A DNA stretch of 63,728 bases, filler included, from an uncultured bacterium (GCA_964471275.1; 6 parts of 6 records of this genome joined end to end with filler, not necessarily neighbours in it); one strand, 5' to 3'. Counted from the first letter of the whole stretch, positions 1-10,431 are shown. Made by a program: numbers and translations. The notes: a model not told the origin generated them from the sequence alone.

Positions 1-380
1 ATCGAGAAGAAGCCGTTGCTCCGGCTCGGGCTCAGGTGCTTCTCCAAGTCGAGCTGCTGGAAGATATCCCGGATGTCGACGGCGAGGATTTCGTTGGCTT
101 TCTTTCCCGAGTAGGCGGACAGGAGGATGGCCACGAGACCGCGCACGATGTGGGCATCGCTGTCAGCTTCGAACTCCAGGATATCGGGGTCATCTTCCAC
201 GACGCGTGTGATCAGCCAGACATTGCTAACGCAGCCTTTGACGCGATTGCCCTCCGTTTTATATTTCTCGTCGAGTTCGGGCAGCTTCCGTCCGAGGTCG
301 ATGACGTATCGGTATCGTTCCTCCCAATCACCCAGGATTTCGAAGTTCTGAATAATCCTGTCTACAGTCAGTTCAGTCAT
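1..380 (-). CDS. sufE: SufE family Fe-S cluster assembly sulfur acceptor (3' end runs off window)
   Basis: Hand translation of the minus strand from ATG at 380: MTELTVDRIIQNFEILGDWEERYRYVIDLGRKLP...RVKGCVSNVW...FEADSDAHIVRGLVAILL...HLSPSRSNGFFS. Contains the SufE motifs WEERY, GC-S-VW, DSDA-IV-GL and SPSRSNG. Not in the supplied ORF track. Confidence 0.9.
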   Translation of the reverse strand, partial: MTELTVDRIIQNFEILGDWEERYRYVIDLGRKLPELDEKYKTEGNRVKGCVSNVWLITRVVEDDPDILEFEADSDAHIVRGLVAILLSAYSGKKANEILAVDIRDIFQQLDLEKHLSPSRSNGFFS

Positions 381-465
381 CACTTTTCCATCCTGTGGTA
401 TATTCCAGACCGAGCAAATGGAACATACCTTTTTTGCCAAATCTATCAAGCCATAAGGATCTCAA

Positions 466-1452
466 GTGGAGCTCACACACAGACCTCGCCGACTGAGGCG
501 AAACGAGGCCATTCGGACGCTTGTTCGGGAGACCATACTCCATCCAGGCGATTTTATCCAGCCCCTGTTTGTGATCGAGGGCTCGGGTGTGCGCGAGCCG
601 ATCGAGTCGATGCCTGGCCAGTATCGGCTGTCGATCGACGCGGTCGTGGCGGAATGCAAAGCGCTGCTCGATCTGGGGGTTCCGGCGGTGAATCTTTTCG
701 GATACTCAGATGAGAAGGATCCCCAGGCTACGGCGTCATTCAGGCCCGACGGTCTGATCCAACGAGCAGTGGCCGAACTGAAGGAGAAGGTGCCGGATAT
801 CTGTGTCCAGACGGATATTGCGCTGGACCCATATACTGACCACGGTCACGACGGCGTGCTCATAGACGGGGAGATCGCGAACGACGAGTCGATTGCCGTG
901 CTCGCCAGGATGGCGCTCTCGCACGCAGAAGCCGGTGTCAACTGGGTTGCGCCCTCAGACATGATGGACGGTCGTATCGGTGCGATCCGCGTGGCGCTGG
1001 ATGACGCCGGGTTCGAACAGGTCGGGATTTTGGCGTATTCTGCGAAGTACGCGTCCTGTTTCTACGGACCATTCCGAGGCGCACTAAAGTCCGCCCTTCG
1101 GGAACGAGATGATGTGCCGAAGGACAAGAAGACCTACCAGATGGATCCGGCCAACACCGACGAAGCGATCAAGGAGATCTCGCTGGATATTGAGGAGGGT
1201 GCGGATGTGGTGATGGTCAAGCCTGCGCTCGCGTATCTGGACGTGATCGCACGAGCCAGAGAGGCCTTCGACGTACCGATCGCGGCCTACAATGTGTCGG
1301 GTGAGTATGGGATGGTACTGGCGGCCGCGGAGAAGGGCTGGGTTGATCGGGAGACCGCGATGTTCGAGGTGCTGACGTCGATCAAGCGTGCCGGGGCAAA
1401 CATGATCCTGACTTATTTCTCGAAGGAAGCCGCAAGAGCACTCGGAGCCTGA
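466..1452 (+). CDS. hemB: Porphobilinogen synthase (delta-aminolevulinate dehydratase)
   Basis: RPRRLR N-terminus; DIALDPYTDHGHDG, SDMMDGR, YSAKYASCFYGPFR, YQMDP, MVKP and AYNVSGEY motifs. Confidence 0.97.
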   Translation: MELTHRPRRLRRNEAIRTLVRETILHPGDFIQPLFVIEGSGVREPIESMPGQYRLSIDAVVAECKALLDLGVPAVNLFGYSDEKDPQATASFRPDGLIQRAVAELKEKVPDICVQTDIALDPYTDHGHDGVLIDGEIANDESIAVLARMALSHAEAGVNWVAPSDMMDGRIGAIRVALDDAGFEQVGILAYSAKYASCFYGPFRGALKSALRERDDVPKDKKTYQMDPANTDEAIKEISLDIEEGADVVMVKPALAYLDVIARAREAFDVPIAAYNVSGEYGMVLAAAEKGWVDRETAMFEVLTSIKRAGANMILTYFSKEAARALGA

Positions 1453-1496
1453 TGCCGTGCTTTGGCGGCGTGCAGCAGCCGTCTGTTATTCCCGGT

Positions 1497-2468
1497 TCAC
1501 CTACTCTTCGCGTAGGGGCTCGAGACCTTCCGGTTGTTGAAGATGTATCTGAACGGATCCTTGTGTCGCCCGTTGCGCTGGACAGCGTAGTGGATGTGTG
1601 GTCCGGTCGATCTTCCCGAATTGCCGAGATGACCGATGACATCACCACGTTTGACGGCCTGGCCCACTTTCAGGTTCGGCCGCTGCAGGAGATGACCATA
1701 TACGGTTCGGTATCCCTGTCCGTGATCGATGGCGATGTAGTGGCCGATCCTGCGGTCACGCATCACCTTCTGAACCACGCCATCAGCGGTAGCCAGGATG
1801 TCGGTGCCTGTGTGCCCGGCGATGTCCACGCCGCCGTGGAATTCACGACGACCTGTGTATGGGTCCTGTCGGACGCCGTAACGTGAGGAGACGTAGTAGT
1901 CGACGTTCGTGGGAAGAGGCAGGATCGAGGGGGTGTGGTCCCGGTCGACTTCCCTTTCTTCCATTTTGGTTTCGATCGACGAGAAACTGCTTTCCAGGAA
2001 CTGAGATTCGCGCTCAAGCTTGTTGAATGCGAGGTAGGTGTCTGACAGAATCTGACCGGCACTCTCTGACACTTTTCCGTTCCAGATCGGCGCAGCATCG
2101 CTTCCACCACCCACACCCAGCTGACGCGTCTCACCGTCGACTTCCGGAAGCTCTGCCCAGATACGGAACATCTGCTCCGTATCGTTCAGCGTCTCGAGCC
2201 GCGCACTCTGTGTGTCGAGCTGTTCCCGCACACGACTGATATCAGCACGGATTTCTTCGTTCTTGATCCGCATCTTCGCGACGTGCAGGCTCTTGATGAC
2301 GGCCAGATACCGGTTGACCCCGAGAGCACCTGTCAGGAGAACAAAAGATAGGATTGCACCCGCCGTGACCTGAATCGCTCGTTTGGATACGATCCACTCC
2401 CGCCGTTCACCCTTTGGATGGGGAACCAGCAGGATCGTAAACTGGTCTGCCTGTTTCTTCTTGTTCAC
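1497..2468 (-). CDS. M23 family metallopeptidase (membrane-anchored, coiled coil)
   Basis: N-terminal TM segment and coiled coil, then HGGVDIA, YGHL and GRSTGPHIHY M23 zinc motifs. Confidence 0.92.
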   Translation of the reverse strand: MNKKKQADQFTILLVPHPKGERREWIVSKRAIQVTAGAILSFVLLTGALGVNRYLAVIKSLHVAKMRIKNEEIRADISRVREQLDTQSARLETLNDTEQMFRIWAELPEVDGETRQLGVGGGSDAAPIWNGKVSESAGQILSDTYLAFNKLERESQFLESSFSSIETKMEEREVDRDHTPSILPLPTNVDYYVSSRYGVRQDPYTGRREFHGGVDIAGHTGTDILATADGVVQKVMRDRRIGHYIAIDHGQGYRTVYGHLLQRPNLKVGQAVKRGDVIGHLGNSGRSTGPHIHYAVQRNGRHKDPFRYIFNNRKVSSPYAKSR

Positions 2469-2508
2469 ATTTCCTCCTGACCTGATCGCCGATACGTCTG
2501 CAAGACGA

Positions 2509-4038
2509 TCAGGCTAGTTTCCTCTGAGCCTTTGTGCCCTCGGGTGAAGTCCTGACCTCGAATCCTGCTTCGGTCAGTTCCTGCCGGAGAGCATCTGCCG
2601 TGTCATAGTCCTTGGCCTGCCGCGCCGCATCGAGCCGCTGGCACAAGACGTCGGGATCGAATGCCCCGTTTGTTTCAGTTACATCCAGTGTATCGACGGC
2701 CGCGCCCTGATTGTCCACCAGAGGGGCCACGTTCAGCATGCTGTTGATGATGTTGAACGCACCTAGTGCCTCGGCCGGATTGTCGGGTTTCTCCGATATC
2801 CAGCCGTTTACGATGGCCATCGCGGCGCTTATGTTAAGATCATTTGCCAGCGCGTCAAGGAATTCTGACACGATTGGGTGATCTGACCCAACTTCCTCTG
2901 CCGTTCCGCCCGCAGCCGCTTCGAGCCCCTGTCTGAACTCGCGCAATCGCCTCACAGCGATGGCTGAATCCTGGATGCCCTTTCGGGTGAAGTTGATGTT
3001 GTAGCGGTAGTGCGTCTTTATCAGTTCAAAGCGCAATACCGCCGGGTCGACCGGGCGTCCTGTCAGACCACCGTCCAAGATGTCGTGAACAGTGTAGAAG
3101 CTCCCCTTACTTTTGGACATCTTCTCGCCTTCGACCAGCAGAAAACGAGGGTGCATCCATAGGTTCGCAAAGTGATCTGTCCCGTCGGCAGACCTGGACT
3201 GAGCGATTTCACACTCGTGGTGCGGGAAGATGTTGTCCTCGCCGCCCGTGTGAATGTCGATCGTATCCCGCTCCAGAACCTTCCGGGCCATCGCAGAACA
3301 CTCGATGTGCCACCCGGGGTAGCCGGTTCCCCAGGGGGACTCCCACTTCATCAGATGGCTTGGATCGGGCTTCCAGAGAAAAAAGTCCGCGGGATGGCGT
3401 TTGGCGGCCTGGTGTTCTTCCGATATCCGGCCGCCCTCGCCTTCTTTCAGGTTATCGAGCGTGTTCCCGCTGAGCTGACCGTAGTCCGGGAAGCTTTCGA
3501 CGTTGAAGTAGACGACGCCATCCTCGGCGACGTAAGCATTCCCCTTGTCGATGAGTTTCGCGATGATCGTCTGCATCTCGGGGATGTGGTCGGTCGCGTG
3601 GACAATCCGGTCCCCGTACTCCCAGGCAAGCTTGATTCCCAGCAGCTTGGCGTCGTCGAGGAATGCCCTAGTGTAGTATCGGGCGACTTCGTACGGATTG
3701 TCCGGATCCTCGATCTCACCAGGCTCGAGTGTCCCGGCCTTCTTCGCTTCCTTCAGTCTTCGGCCGGCCACCGCCATCTTGTCCTCCCCGCTGCCGTCCG
3801 CGACAGAGTCGTCCGTCATATGACCGACGTCGGTGATGTTCATCGCGTGGATGACATCGTATCCGGCCGCGGCCAGGAAACGGTTGAGGAGGTCTGCGAA
3901 CAGGAAGGATCGGAAGTTTCCGATGTGACTGTAATCGTAGACGGTCGGCCCGCAGGTATAGATTCGAACGGCGGGGGACTCGATGGGCTCGAAGGGCTCG
4001 AGCTTGTTCGTCAATGTGTTGTAGAAAGAGATTTCCAA
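2509..4038 (-). CDS. cysS: Cysteine--tRNA ligase
   Basis: [26 protein letters not shown] and KMSKS motifs. Start placed at TTG 4038; the ORF extends to 4074. Confidence 0.97.
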   Translation of the reverse strand: MEISFYNTLTNKLEPFEPIESPAVRIYTCGPTVYDYSHIGNFRSFLFADLLNRFLAAAGYDVIHAMNITDVGHMTDDSVADGSGEDKMAVAGRRLKEAKKAGTLEPGEIEDPDNPYEVARYYTRAFLDDAKLLGIKLAWEYGDRIVHATDHIPEMQTIIAKLIDKGNAYVAEDGVVYFNVESFPDYGQLSGNTLDNLKEGEGGRISEEHQAAKRHPADFFLWKPDPSHLMKWESPWGTGYPGWHIECSAMARKVLERDTIDIHTGGEDNIFPHHECEIAQSRSADGTDHFANLWMHPRFLLVEGEKMSKSKGSFYTVHDILDGGLTGRPVDPAVLRFELIKTHYRYNINFTRKGIQDSAIAVRRLREFRQGLEAAAGGTAEEVGSDHPIVSEFLDALANDLNISAAMAIVNGWISEKPDNPAEALGAFNIINSMLNVAPLVDNQGAAVDTLDVTETNGAFDPDVLCQRLDAARQAKDYDTADALRQELTEAGFEVRTSPEGTKAQRKLA

Positions 4039-4051
4039 AATAGTGCAGCGC

Positions 4052-4324
4052 TTACAGCACTCTCCGCTTGGCATCAGGTGTAGGGACCGGGTCGTAGCCT
4101 CCCGGATGGAAAGGGTGGCAGCGAGCGATCCGTCTCACACTTAAATATAGTGCATGCCAGGGTGTTCGAGTCGTGAAACACTCCAGCGCATACTCAGAAC
4201 ACGTCGGGTGAAACCGACAGCCCAACCCGGGAAACAGCGTGTGCAGGGCGGGTGAGACGATCCAGCGATACGCCTGGATCGTCAGCCAGAACGGGAGGCT
4301 CAACAGGCGATAGAAAGACCCCAT
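4052..4324 (-). CDS. yidD: Membrane protein insertion efficiency factor YidD
   Basis: [10 protein letters not shown] and [17 protein letters not shown] signature. Confidence 0.93.
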   Translation of the reverse strand: MGSFYRLLSLPFWLTIQAYRWIVSPALHTLFPGLGCRFHPTCSEYALECFTTRTPWHALYLSVRRIARCHPFHPGGYDPVPTPDAKRRVL

Positions 4325-4337
4325 CAGTCCGGCTCCA

Positions 4338-5360
4338 CTAGGATCGCTTTAGACAGGCGATCAGGTTCTTCTCCAGCCTATCCCAGTTTGTTCGGGCATT
4401 CCGGCTGATGATTTCGACACGACTGTCGCGTGTGTAAGCCGTTCTGCGCGTTTCGATCTCCTGCCCGGCCCGGTTCAGCAGGATGGCGTCGCTGCCGATC
4501 CGGAAAGCCCCTTTGATCCGCTCGATGTCGTCATCTTCGGCGAGGGATACGAGCAGCTCTTCTTCATCGAATACATCCTCGGGTGAAAAGATCCACCCGC
4601 AGGCATAGCGATCGTAGCCCTGGTTTTCCGAACGATAGGGAACGCCGGGATCGAGCGCCTTCGGCTCAACTGATCGATCCTGATGGTGGTGCGTGTTCTG
4701 ATCTTCGCCGTCGTGCAGGTCGGGGAAGAGCGGCACCTTCATTGGGTCCGGATCCAGGTCCAGCCAGGCCGGGTCGATGACCCCGTTCGACGTCTTTTGC
4801 GTCGTGTGCTTGGGCGGATAGAGCGCTCGACACCACGCGTCGAATCGTTCGATCTCGTCGCTCTCACACAGATCGACCTTGTTGGCGATCAGGACATCCG
4901 CAAGGTGAACCTGGTCCTGGAAGATCTGCGAGTTCCTTATTTCGGTCTCGTCCACGTCACGCGGGTCCACCAGACAGACCGTGGCGCGTAGGCTCAAGGC
5001 TTTGGCCAGGCGTCCCTGGCGGAGGCTGGACAGCACGCTGCCCGGATGTCCCATACCCGACATTTCAATCAAGAGCCGCTTCGGTCTCGCCTCCCTGAGG
5101 AGGAGCGCCAGCGCCACCTGCATCGGAACACCGGCCGTGCAGCAGAGGCAACCACCCGCGACTTCCCGTATCCGAACACCTTTAATCTTGGTCTCGTCGA
5201 GGGCCGTCTGATCAATCGAGATGTCGCCGAATTCGTTTACCAGGACTGCCCACTGTTCGTCGGCAGGCTTCACATCGAGCAGATTCAGGATCGCCGAGGT
5301 CTTCCCAACCCCCAACAGACCCGTGAAAGTGTTTGTCGGGACGTTCCGGATGGGATCCAT
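4338..5360 (-). CDS. CobW/COG0523 family GTP-binding metallochaperone
   Basis: GLLGVGKT Walker A, VNEFG, GGCLCC metal motif, NKVD, short His patch and C-terminal RIKG. Confidence 0.9.
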   Translation of the reverse strand: MDPIRNVPTNTFTGLLGVGKTSAILNLLDVKPADEQWAVLVNEFGDISIDQTALDETKIKGVRIREVAGGCLCCTAGVPMQVALALLLREARPKRLLIEMSGMGHPGSVLSSLRQGRLAKALSLRATVCLVDPRDVDETEIRNSQIFQDQVHLADVLIANKVDLCESDEIERFDAWCRALYPPKHTTQKTSNGVIDPAWLDLDPDPMKVPLFPDLHDGEDQNTHHHQDRSVEPKALDPGVPYRSENQGYDRYACGWIFSPEDVFDEEELLVSLAEDDDIERIKGAFRIGSDAILLNRAGQEIETRRTAYTRDSRVEIISRNARTNWDRLEKNLIACLKRS

Positions 5361-5702
5361 GAATTCACACGTTCGGTAAGTGGCCGCAAGTTCTATAATA
5401 AATAGAAACTTCCGTCAGTATGAAAGCATTTTCTGCCCAATCGTGTGTATTGAGTGTACCTATCCGTCTACCCATTCTAACCAGATTCCGCCTGGTTGCG
5501 CCAGACGCCTGTGAGTAAGATAGGATGCGTCACGACGGAATATATGTGTTCCGGCACACTCACGATGAGGTTGCCTGATACAAGATGTGGTGTAACTATT
5601 AGAACCATGCCCAGCCGATCAGGCACTGAATCGGCTTCGATGCACGCGATCCCTTGAATATCAGTCAGTTAGTCCTGTGTTCCACAATGCCAAGATTTAG
5701 GG

Positions 5703-5731
5703 TTGACTTTTGGAATTGCACACAATATAGT
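5703..5731 (+). promoter_or_regulatory. Sigma70-like promoter
   Basis: TTGACT-17 nt-TATAGT, immediately upstream of a structured non-coding region. Confidence 0.55.
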
Positions 5732-5763
5732 GCGTTTGCTGTCAATTACGGCCAATATTAACG

Positions 5764-5938
5764 AGGGTATGACCAGTCGATTCTGCGACATCCGGGTTCG
5801 CCCTCGGACCCGCGCACGCCGGCTTCCCCGAGCCGGGCATGACAGACCCTTATACAGTATATAAGTGGTTGCTTCACGGGCGGTCCGCAGTTCGTGTCCC
5901 TTCGACAGTTGCCTCTTCTCTACTCTGGACTGCCCCGT
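5764..5938 (+). ncRNA. Candidate structured RNA (multi-stem, C/U-rich loops)
   Basis: Closing stem AGGGTATGAC/GACAGACCCT around hairpins GTCG/CGAC, CGGGTTCG-CCCT-CGGACCCG and CCGGCTT-CCCC-GAGCCGG. A second long stem pairs 5876-5890 with 5923-5938. No convincing ORF. Confidence 0.3.
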
Positions 5939-6293
5939 ACTTCCCGATGCATTGGGTTCCGCTATGAGTACTGATTCAGGGATCAAGTCGTTGTTCCTCT
6001 TGGTTTCCGTGCTGCTTCCTGGTATTAGCAATGCTCATGACGATTCTTCGGATCGCCCGCAATCTGATCGGATACTACAGTCGGGTCCCAGGGATCAAGG
6101 CCCATAGGCGGGTTACCATTCGGCGCGTTTGTGCGTCCATACAAGATATCCACGAAGGTGTTGCCCGTCACCGTTGACGGGTCGTGTAGTCCAGATTGCG
6201 AGGCGTGTCAGTAGGAGGCATCATCAACTCATAAACCGATTCGGTCCGAACGAGCAGATCAGTGTAGACCGGCACCGGGAAAGGAGGGTGAGC

Positions 6294-6521
6294 GTGCGCG
6301 TTTATGCCGAACTGCGTGCCCGAGAAAGGGCGACGAAGTCATATGGTTACGAGCTTTGGGTTCACGATCTGACGGTGAGGACGATGGGGAAGTGGCGTTC
6401 GGATGATGTGTTTGATAGCAAAGAGGAGGCAGTCAAGACGGGATCGATTGTTGCGAGGTCGTTCCTTGAAGAGCGGCTTGATCTCCCAACTGAAGTCTAC
6501 ACACTTGAAATCAAGAATTGA
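6294..6521 (+). CDS. Hypothetical small protein (75 aa)
   Basis: Strong SD AAGGAGG at 6281-6287, 6 nt before GTG; protein-like composition (MRVYAELRARERATKSYGYELWV...). Confidence 0.55.
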   Translation: MRVYAELRARERATKSYGYELWVHDLTVRTMGKWRSDDVFDSKEEAVKTGSIVARSFLEERLDLPTEVYTLEIKN

Positions 6522-6678
6522 GCCGATGGTTCTCCCGTCGGACAGAGGCGGCAAGGTTGTTTCCTCGATGGAATACACAAGTTCTGCATCGCTGGTGTGG
6601 GATGATTGAGACGGTCAAGCAACTCGAATGAGTTGCCCCGGCTCGCCAGCTCGTGGGGAGTCACATCAGTGATGTTCG

Positions 6679-6720
6679 AAGGGGTCCGCAGGGCGAAAGC
6701 TCTGCGGACCCCTTTCTGTG
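6679..6720 (+). terminator. Strong hairpin, probable intrinsic terminator
   Basis: AAGGGGTCCGCAGGGC-GAAA-GCTCTGCGGACCCCTT followed by a T-rich tail. Confidence 0.6.
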
Positions 6721-7003
6721 TTTTCCATATGGCCGTGGGGATGTGTTCAGGAGGACGGGATAGGAACTTTGTCTACAGGGAGTTTGTATCCAACAGAAGG
6801 TTGTCGGAGGACGGCTTCCCACGGATCGGTCGATGCGGGGGATATATCTGCCAGTCGCGTAGGTGTGCGGCGTCCGTTCGAGCGCCAGTCAAGAACTCGC
6901 CCATCGCGCAAGGCGAGGAGGGGCTTCTCGACGCCGATAGATCCCTGCATTCCTCTATTCTACAGGGCAACTTGCGTGACAAGCCACTCGATCGACACAC
7001 AGA

Positions 7004-7582
7004 TCACGCTTTCCGGGCGATCATCTGGATGACTGCTTCCGTACCTCCCTCGTCCGAGATCACGATGTCCTCGAGATGTATGATGTGATCATCAGCGAAT
7101 GGAGATTGGATATCTGAGATTACGGCAAGGTAGTTCGGGCTCTTTGGGCCAAATGTCCCGACGGTCGCGTGCCGGGCAGAGAAGGTCTGGAAGAGGAAAT
7201 GACCGCCGGGCCTGAGGGCTTCGCGAATCGACGAAAACAGGGGGGCCTCGTAGTAGTAGATCATGGTAATCAGGTCAAACTGCTCAGTGCCCAGATCGTA
7301 GTCGTCAAGGTCTGCGCAGACGGTCGATACTTCCACGCCACGGGACTCGGCGAGGTTCTCACACTGTCTGAGACCCACATCGGAGACATCGAGAGCCGTA
7401 ACCTCGAAGCCTCGCTCAGCAAGGAAGACCGCGTTTCGACCTCGTCCGGCGGCCAATACAAGCGCCTTCCCAGATCCAAGTCGGTGAACATTAGCGGCAA
7501 GGAAGGGAACCGGTGCGTTTGCGGCCGCCGGTACCGCACCCGAGTACCGAGCGTTCCATTTCTCTGCATCGGATGAAGACAC
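7004..7582 (-). CDS. Class I SAM-dependent methyltransferase (TehB-like)
   Basis: LVLAAGRGRNAVFLA motif I, DVSDVG, LRPGG. GTG start next to the upstream stop codon. Confidence 0.85.
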   Translation of the reverse strand: MSSSDAEKWNARYSGAVPAAANAPVPFLAANVHRLGSGKALVLAAGRGRNAVFLAERGFEVTALDVSDVGLRQCENLAESRGVEVSTVCADLDDYDLGTEQFDLITMIYYYEAPLFSSIREALRPGGHFLFQTFSARHATVGTFGPKSPNYLAVISDIQSPFADDHIIHLEDIVISDEGGTEAVIQMIARKA

Positions 7583-7583
7583 G

Positions 7584-8303
7584 TCAGTTCCTGCCCCCGG
7601 ACTCGCTGACGAGATTCGTGAACAGTCGGTCCCAGATGGTGTCGGGAAGCTGTTCCGGGTGAAACTGCACACCCAGGATCCGACCGTCATCTGATTCCAA
7701 TCCCTCGACCAGTCCGTCCTTACTTCGAACACTGACGCGCAGGCCTTGCCCAAGCTCTGCCACGGCCTGGATGTGGAAGCTGTTGACCGGATCGGGACGT
7801 CCGATCAGGTCCAGCAGACGGGATCTGGGTTCGATTGTGACACTGTGAGAGATGCTGTCCGTCTCCGCTCTCCTGGGATGATGGGGCCCCGTTCCGATCT
7901 CGTGTTCTGCGTCCCCGTATATCGTCCCCCCAAGTCGTGCGTTTACAAACTGCATGCCATAGCAGATGCCCAGTATCGGGAGGCCGTCTTCCTGTGCGGA
8001 CTCGAAGGCAAACCGATCCGACAGGGATCGTCCCGGGGCAACCGGTGGAAGATCGTCCGGCAGGGAGCCGATCAGGCCTTCCGTGATGCCCGGACCGCCA
8101 GGTAGGATCAGGCCATTGATACGGGAGACGGCGATGCGCATCGCCTCGAGTGATGTGAGCACGGGGATAACGACAGGCACGCCTCCGGCACGCTCGACGG
8201 CTGACACATAATCAGCGTTCAGCGTGATGCGAGCAGGTTGGTCGTCCGTTCCTGACTCAAAGCTCGTCGTGATGCCGATAACGGGCGCGCGTTTTTCAGG
8301 CAT
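7584..8303 (-). CDS. Peptidase C26 / gamma-glutamyl-gamma-aminobutyrate hydrolase family
   Basis: PVIGIT, ILPGG, GICYGMQ (nucleophile Cys), NSFHIQA and GVQFHPE triad motifs. Confidence 0.9.
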   Translation of the reverse strand: MPEKRAPVIGITTSFESGTDDQPARITLNADYVSAVERAGGVPVVIPVLTSLEAMRIAVSRINGLILPGGPGITEGLIGSLPDDLPPVAPGRSLSDRFAFESAQEDGLPILGICYGMQFVNARLGGTIYGDAEHEIGTGPHHPRRAETDSISHSVTIEPRSRLLDLIGRPDPVNSFHIQAVAELGQGLRVSVRSKDGLVEGLESDDGRILGVQFHPEQLPDTIWDRLFTNLVSESGGRN

Positions 8304-9069
8304 TTGACTCGTTACGGGCATTCTCGAAGAATCCTTCGGCTCCTGCACTGAGCAGTTTGGTGACGTGCGTGTATGTATAACGGACGCCCCGGTCGAGCAC
8401 GGATTCGATCTTGCCCGTATTTGCCGGCGTTCCTGTAACCTGCCCGGATTTCAGGATCTTGTCGAAGGTCGAGTCGATTGCGTGGGCAACGGAGGGCTCG
8501 TCGTATTGTCCCGGATGTCCCATCGACTGGGACAGATCCGATGGACCGATGAAGAAGACATCGATATTGTCAACTGCCAGGATCTCGTCAGCGTTCTCGA
8601 TTGCCTGCTTGTCCTCGAATTGAACGCAGACCAGACTCTCCCGGTTCGCTTCCTCCACGTACTCTGACTGCGTGATCCCAAACCCATAGTTGGCCGGCCG
8701 AGTGCCCGCGGCAAGGCCGCGCTTCCCGATTGGATGATATTTGACCGCCTCGACCACCGCCCGGGCATCATATGCCGTGTTGACGTGTGGCACCTGTACC
8801 CCCATCACCCCCCGATCCATTATCTGCTGTATGTCTGCCGGACTCTTCGTCCTCGGTCGTGCGATGGGTGTGATCCCGTTCGCCTGCGCCGCCATCGCCA
8901 GCACCTCGACCGTCTCCAGGTTGATCGTCCCGTGTTCGCAATCAATCAGCACCCAGTCGAAACCCAGCCGTGCGACCATCTCAACCAACTGTGTCGAGGG
9001 AATCATGATGCTGACACCGAAGACAGGGTGGTTCTGTTTGAGTTTCGCTTTCATCTTGTTGACGCGCAT
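8296..9069 (-). CDS. HpcH/HpaI aldolase family protein
   Basis: GFDWVLIDCEHG, VPHVNT, YHPIGKRG, VQFED and FFIGPSDLS motifs. Confidence 0.92.
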   Translation of the reverse strand: MRVNKMKAKLKQNHPVFGVSIMIPSTQLVEMVARLGFDWVLIDCEHGTINLETVEVLAMAAQANGITPIARPRTKSPADIQQIMDRGVMGVQVPHVNTAYDARAVVEAVKYHPIGKRGLAAGTRPANYGFGITQSEYVEEANRESLVCVQFEDKQAIENADEILAVDNIDVFFIGPSDLSQSMGHPGQYDEPSVAHAIDSTFDKILKSGQVTGTPANTGKIESVLDRGVRYTYTHVTKLLSAGAEGFFENARNESNA

Positions 9070-9125
9070 GGTGGATCCTTTCAATCTGTAGATAGCGAGC
9101 AGGGGAAGAGGCGAACAGGCGATGA

Positions 9126-9512
9126 CTAATCCCTGGGGAATAGCAACCACGGATCAGGATGGGTCATCATCTTGACGAGCATAGACAGTATGTGATCATA
9201 CTGCCCCGCGAGTTCGGTGGACCTGTCCGAGTCGATGTAACCGCACGTGACGGAGAAGGCCAACCAGGTCTGAGTCTCTGCGTCCTCGGTGTCGGCGTCA
9301 GACAGCCGATTAATGAAGGCTCCTCTTTATCTGCGTTTTCGCCAGGCCTCGGTGATGTTCGCACAGACCGAACGGGACGATCGTCTGATCTGATCCGTGA
9401 GAGAATACTGTTCTTCCTTCGGGAATCTTTTTGTGATTTTAAATATCACCATCGCAGCATCGAATCCAAGTTGATAAACACGAAGATCCTTGTGGATCTT
9501 GATGGTTGGCAC
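9126..9512 (-). pseudogene. Four-helix-bundle (23S rRNA IVS-type) protein with in-frame TAA
   Basis: HKDLRVYQ...FPKEEQYSLTDQIRRSSRSVCANITEAWRKRR-TAA(9327-9329)-RGAFINRLSDADTEDAETQTWL...CGYI...MLVKMMTHPDPW. The family sequence continues in frame past the stop. Confidence 0.8.
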
Positions 9513-9579
9513 TCTGATCCGCTCCGTTCAGGTACTTCGCCTGCTCTCCAGCTCAACACAAGAGCGATTCCCATACCAA

Positions 9580-10431
9580 CTACCTATCCAGCCACCGATA
9601 CGCCCTCCTCCCATTCTCAACGAAGTACTTCTCCTTCGCCGCATCGCCCTTGTCCGAGAAGTAGGCGTCGGCGATGGCGAATACGGTCGCGTAGGGGGCC
9701 GACCCTTCGCAGACGGGCCAGTTGCTGCCGTAGATAAGCCGGTCTTCACCTAGCGTGTCCCACATTGCGTCGAACGCCGGTCTGTAGTACTTGGGATCTG
9801 CAGGAGCGGGCTGTTCTTTGGCACGCTCGACGAAGCCGGACACCTTCATGAAAACGTTCGGGTAGGGTGCGATGGCGTTGAGACCGGCGACCCACTCGGG
9901 GTCGGGCTTATTGCCGTCGATGAGGACGTGTGCGACGTGGTTGCATACGATGCGGAGATCGGGAATGGCCCGAGCAACTGCTGCGATGACAACTAGGTCT
10001 GCTGGTTGGGCGAGCAGATCCATCTCCAGGTCACGGTCACACAGGGCCCGGATTGCCGAGAGGGTGTCCGGGTCGTCAGCAGCGTCCAGTTCCTTGCGCC
10101 GAAGGCGAACCCCGCGGAAGAGCGGGTTTGCGGACAGGCGATTGAGTGTCTCGGTGTAGGTGTTGTCCTGCGGATTGAGGTTACCGACAAAGCCTACAAT
10201 GGCCGGTTCATCCTTTGCGAGATCCAGGACCCAATCGTTGTCCGCTACCCAGACGCTTGCCTCGACAACGACGGTGTGAGTGACGCCGCAGGGATTGGCG
10301 ACCTCACTGAAATTCCGGGGGAGTACCGTCCTGTAGAGGAGTTCTTTGTCCTTGGGTGGCCAGGGGATCCCCTGGGGTCGGGTGGGGTCATACAGGTGCG
10401 TGTGCGTGTCTACGATCATATTCGTCCCCAT
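9580..10431 (-). CDS. Amidohydrolase_2 family protein (sugar lactonase-like)
   Basis: DTHTH, VVVEA, FRGVR, NHVAH, MKVSG and LIYGSNWPV motifs. Confidence 0.88.
   Translation of the reverse strand: MGTNMIVDTHTHLYDPTRPQGIPWPPKDKELLYRTVLPRNFSEVANPCGVTHTVVVEASVWVADNDWVLDLAKDEPAIVGFVGNLNPQDNTYTETLNRLSANPLFRGVRLRRKELDAADDPDTLSAIRALCDRDLEMDLLAQPADLVVIAAVARAIPDLRIVCNHVAHVLIDGNKPDPEWVAGLNAIAPYPNVFMKVSGFVERAKEQPAPADPKYYRPAFDAMWDTLGEDRLIYGSNWPVCEGSAPYATVFAIADAYFSDKGDAAKEKYFVENGRRAYRWLDR

Noticed and set aside
36..713. 225-aa plus-strand ORF
   Set aside because: Shadow of sufE on the minus strand, and overlaps hemB.
5764..5850. tRNA-like cloverleaf
   Set aside because: No TTCRA T-loop, no D-loop GG, and no 7-nt anticodon loop; kept only as a generic structured-RNA candidate.
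5849..5865. Possible LexA box (ATACAGTATA)
   Set aside because: Only one half-site; no CTG-N10-CAG.
9126..9512. Four-helix bundle as Avd of a diversity-generating retroelement, or recoded stop
   Set aside because: No reverse transcriptase or TR/VR repeat pair is visible. The stop is TAA, not TGA or TAG, so Sec/Pyl recoding does not apply.
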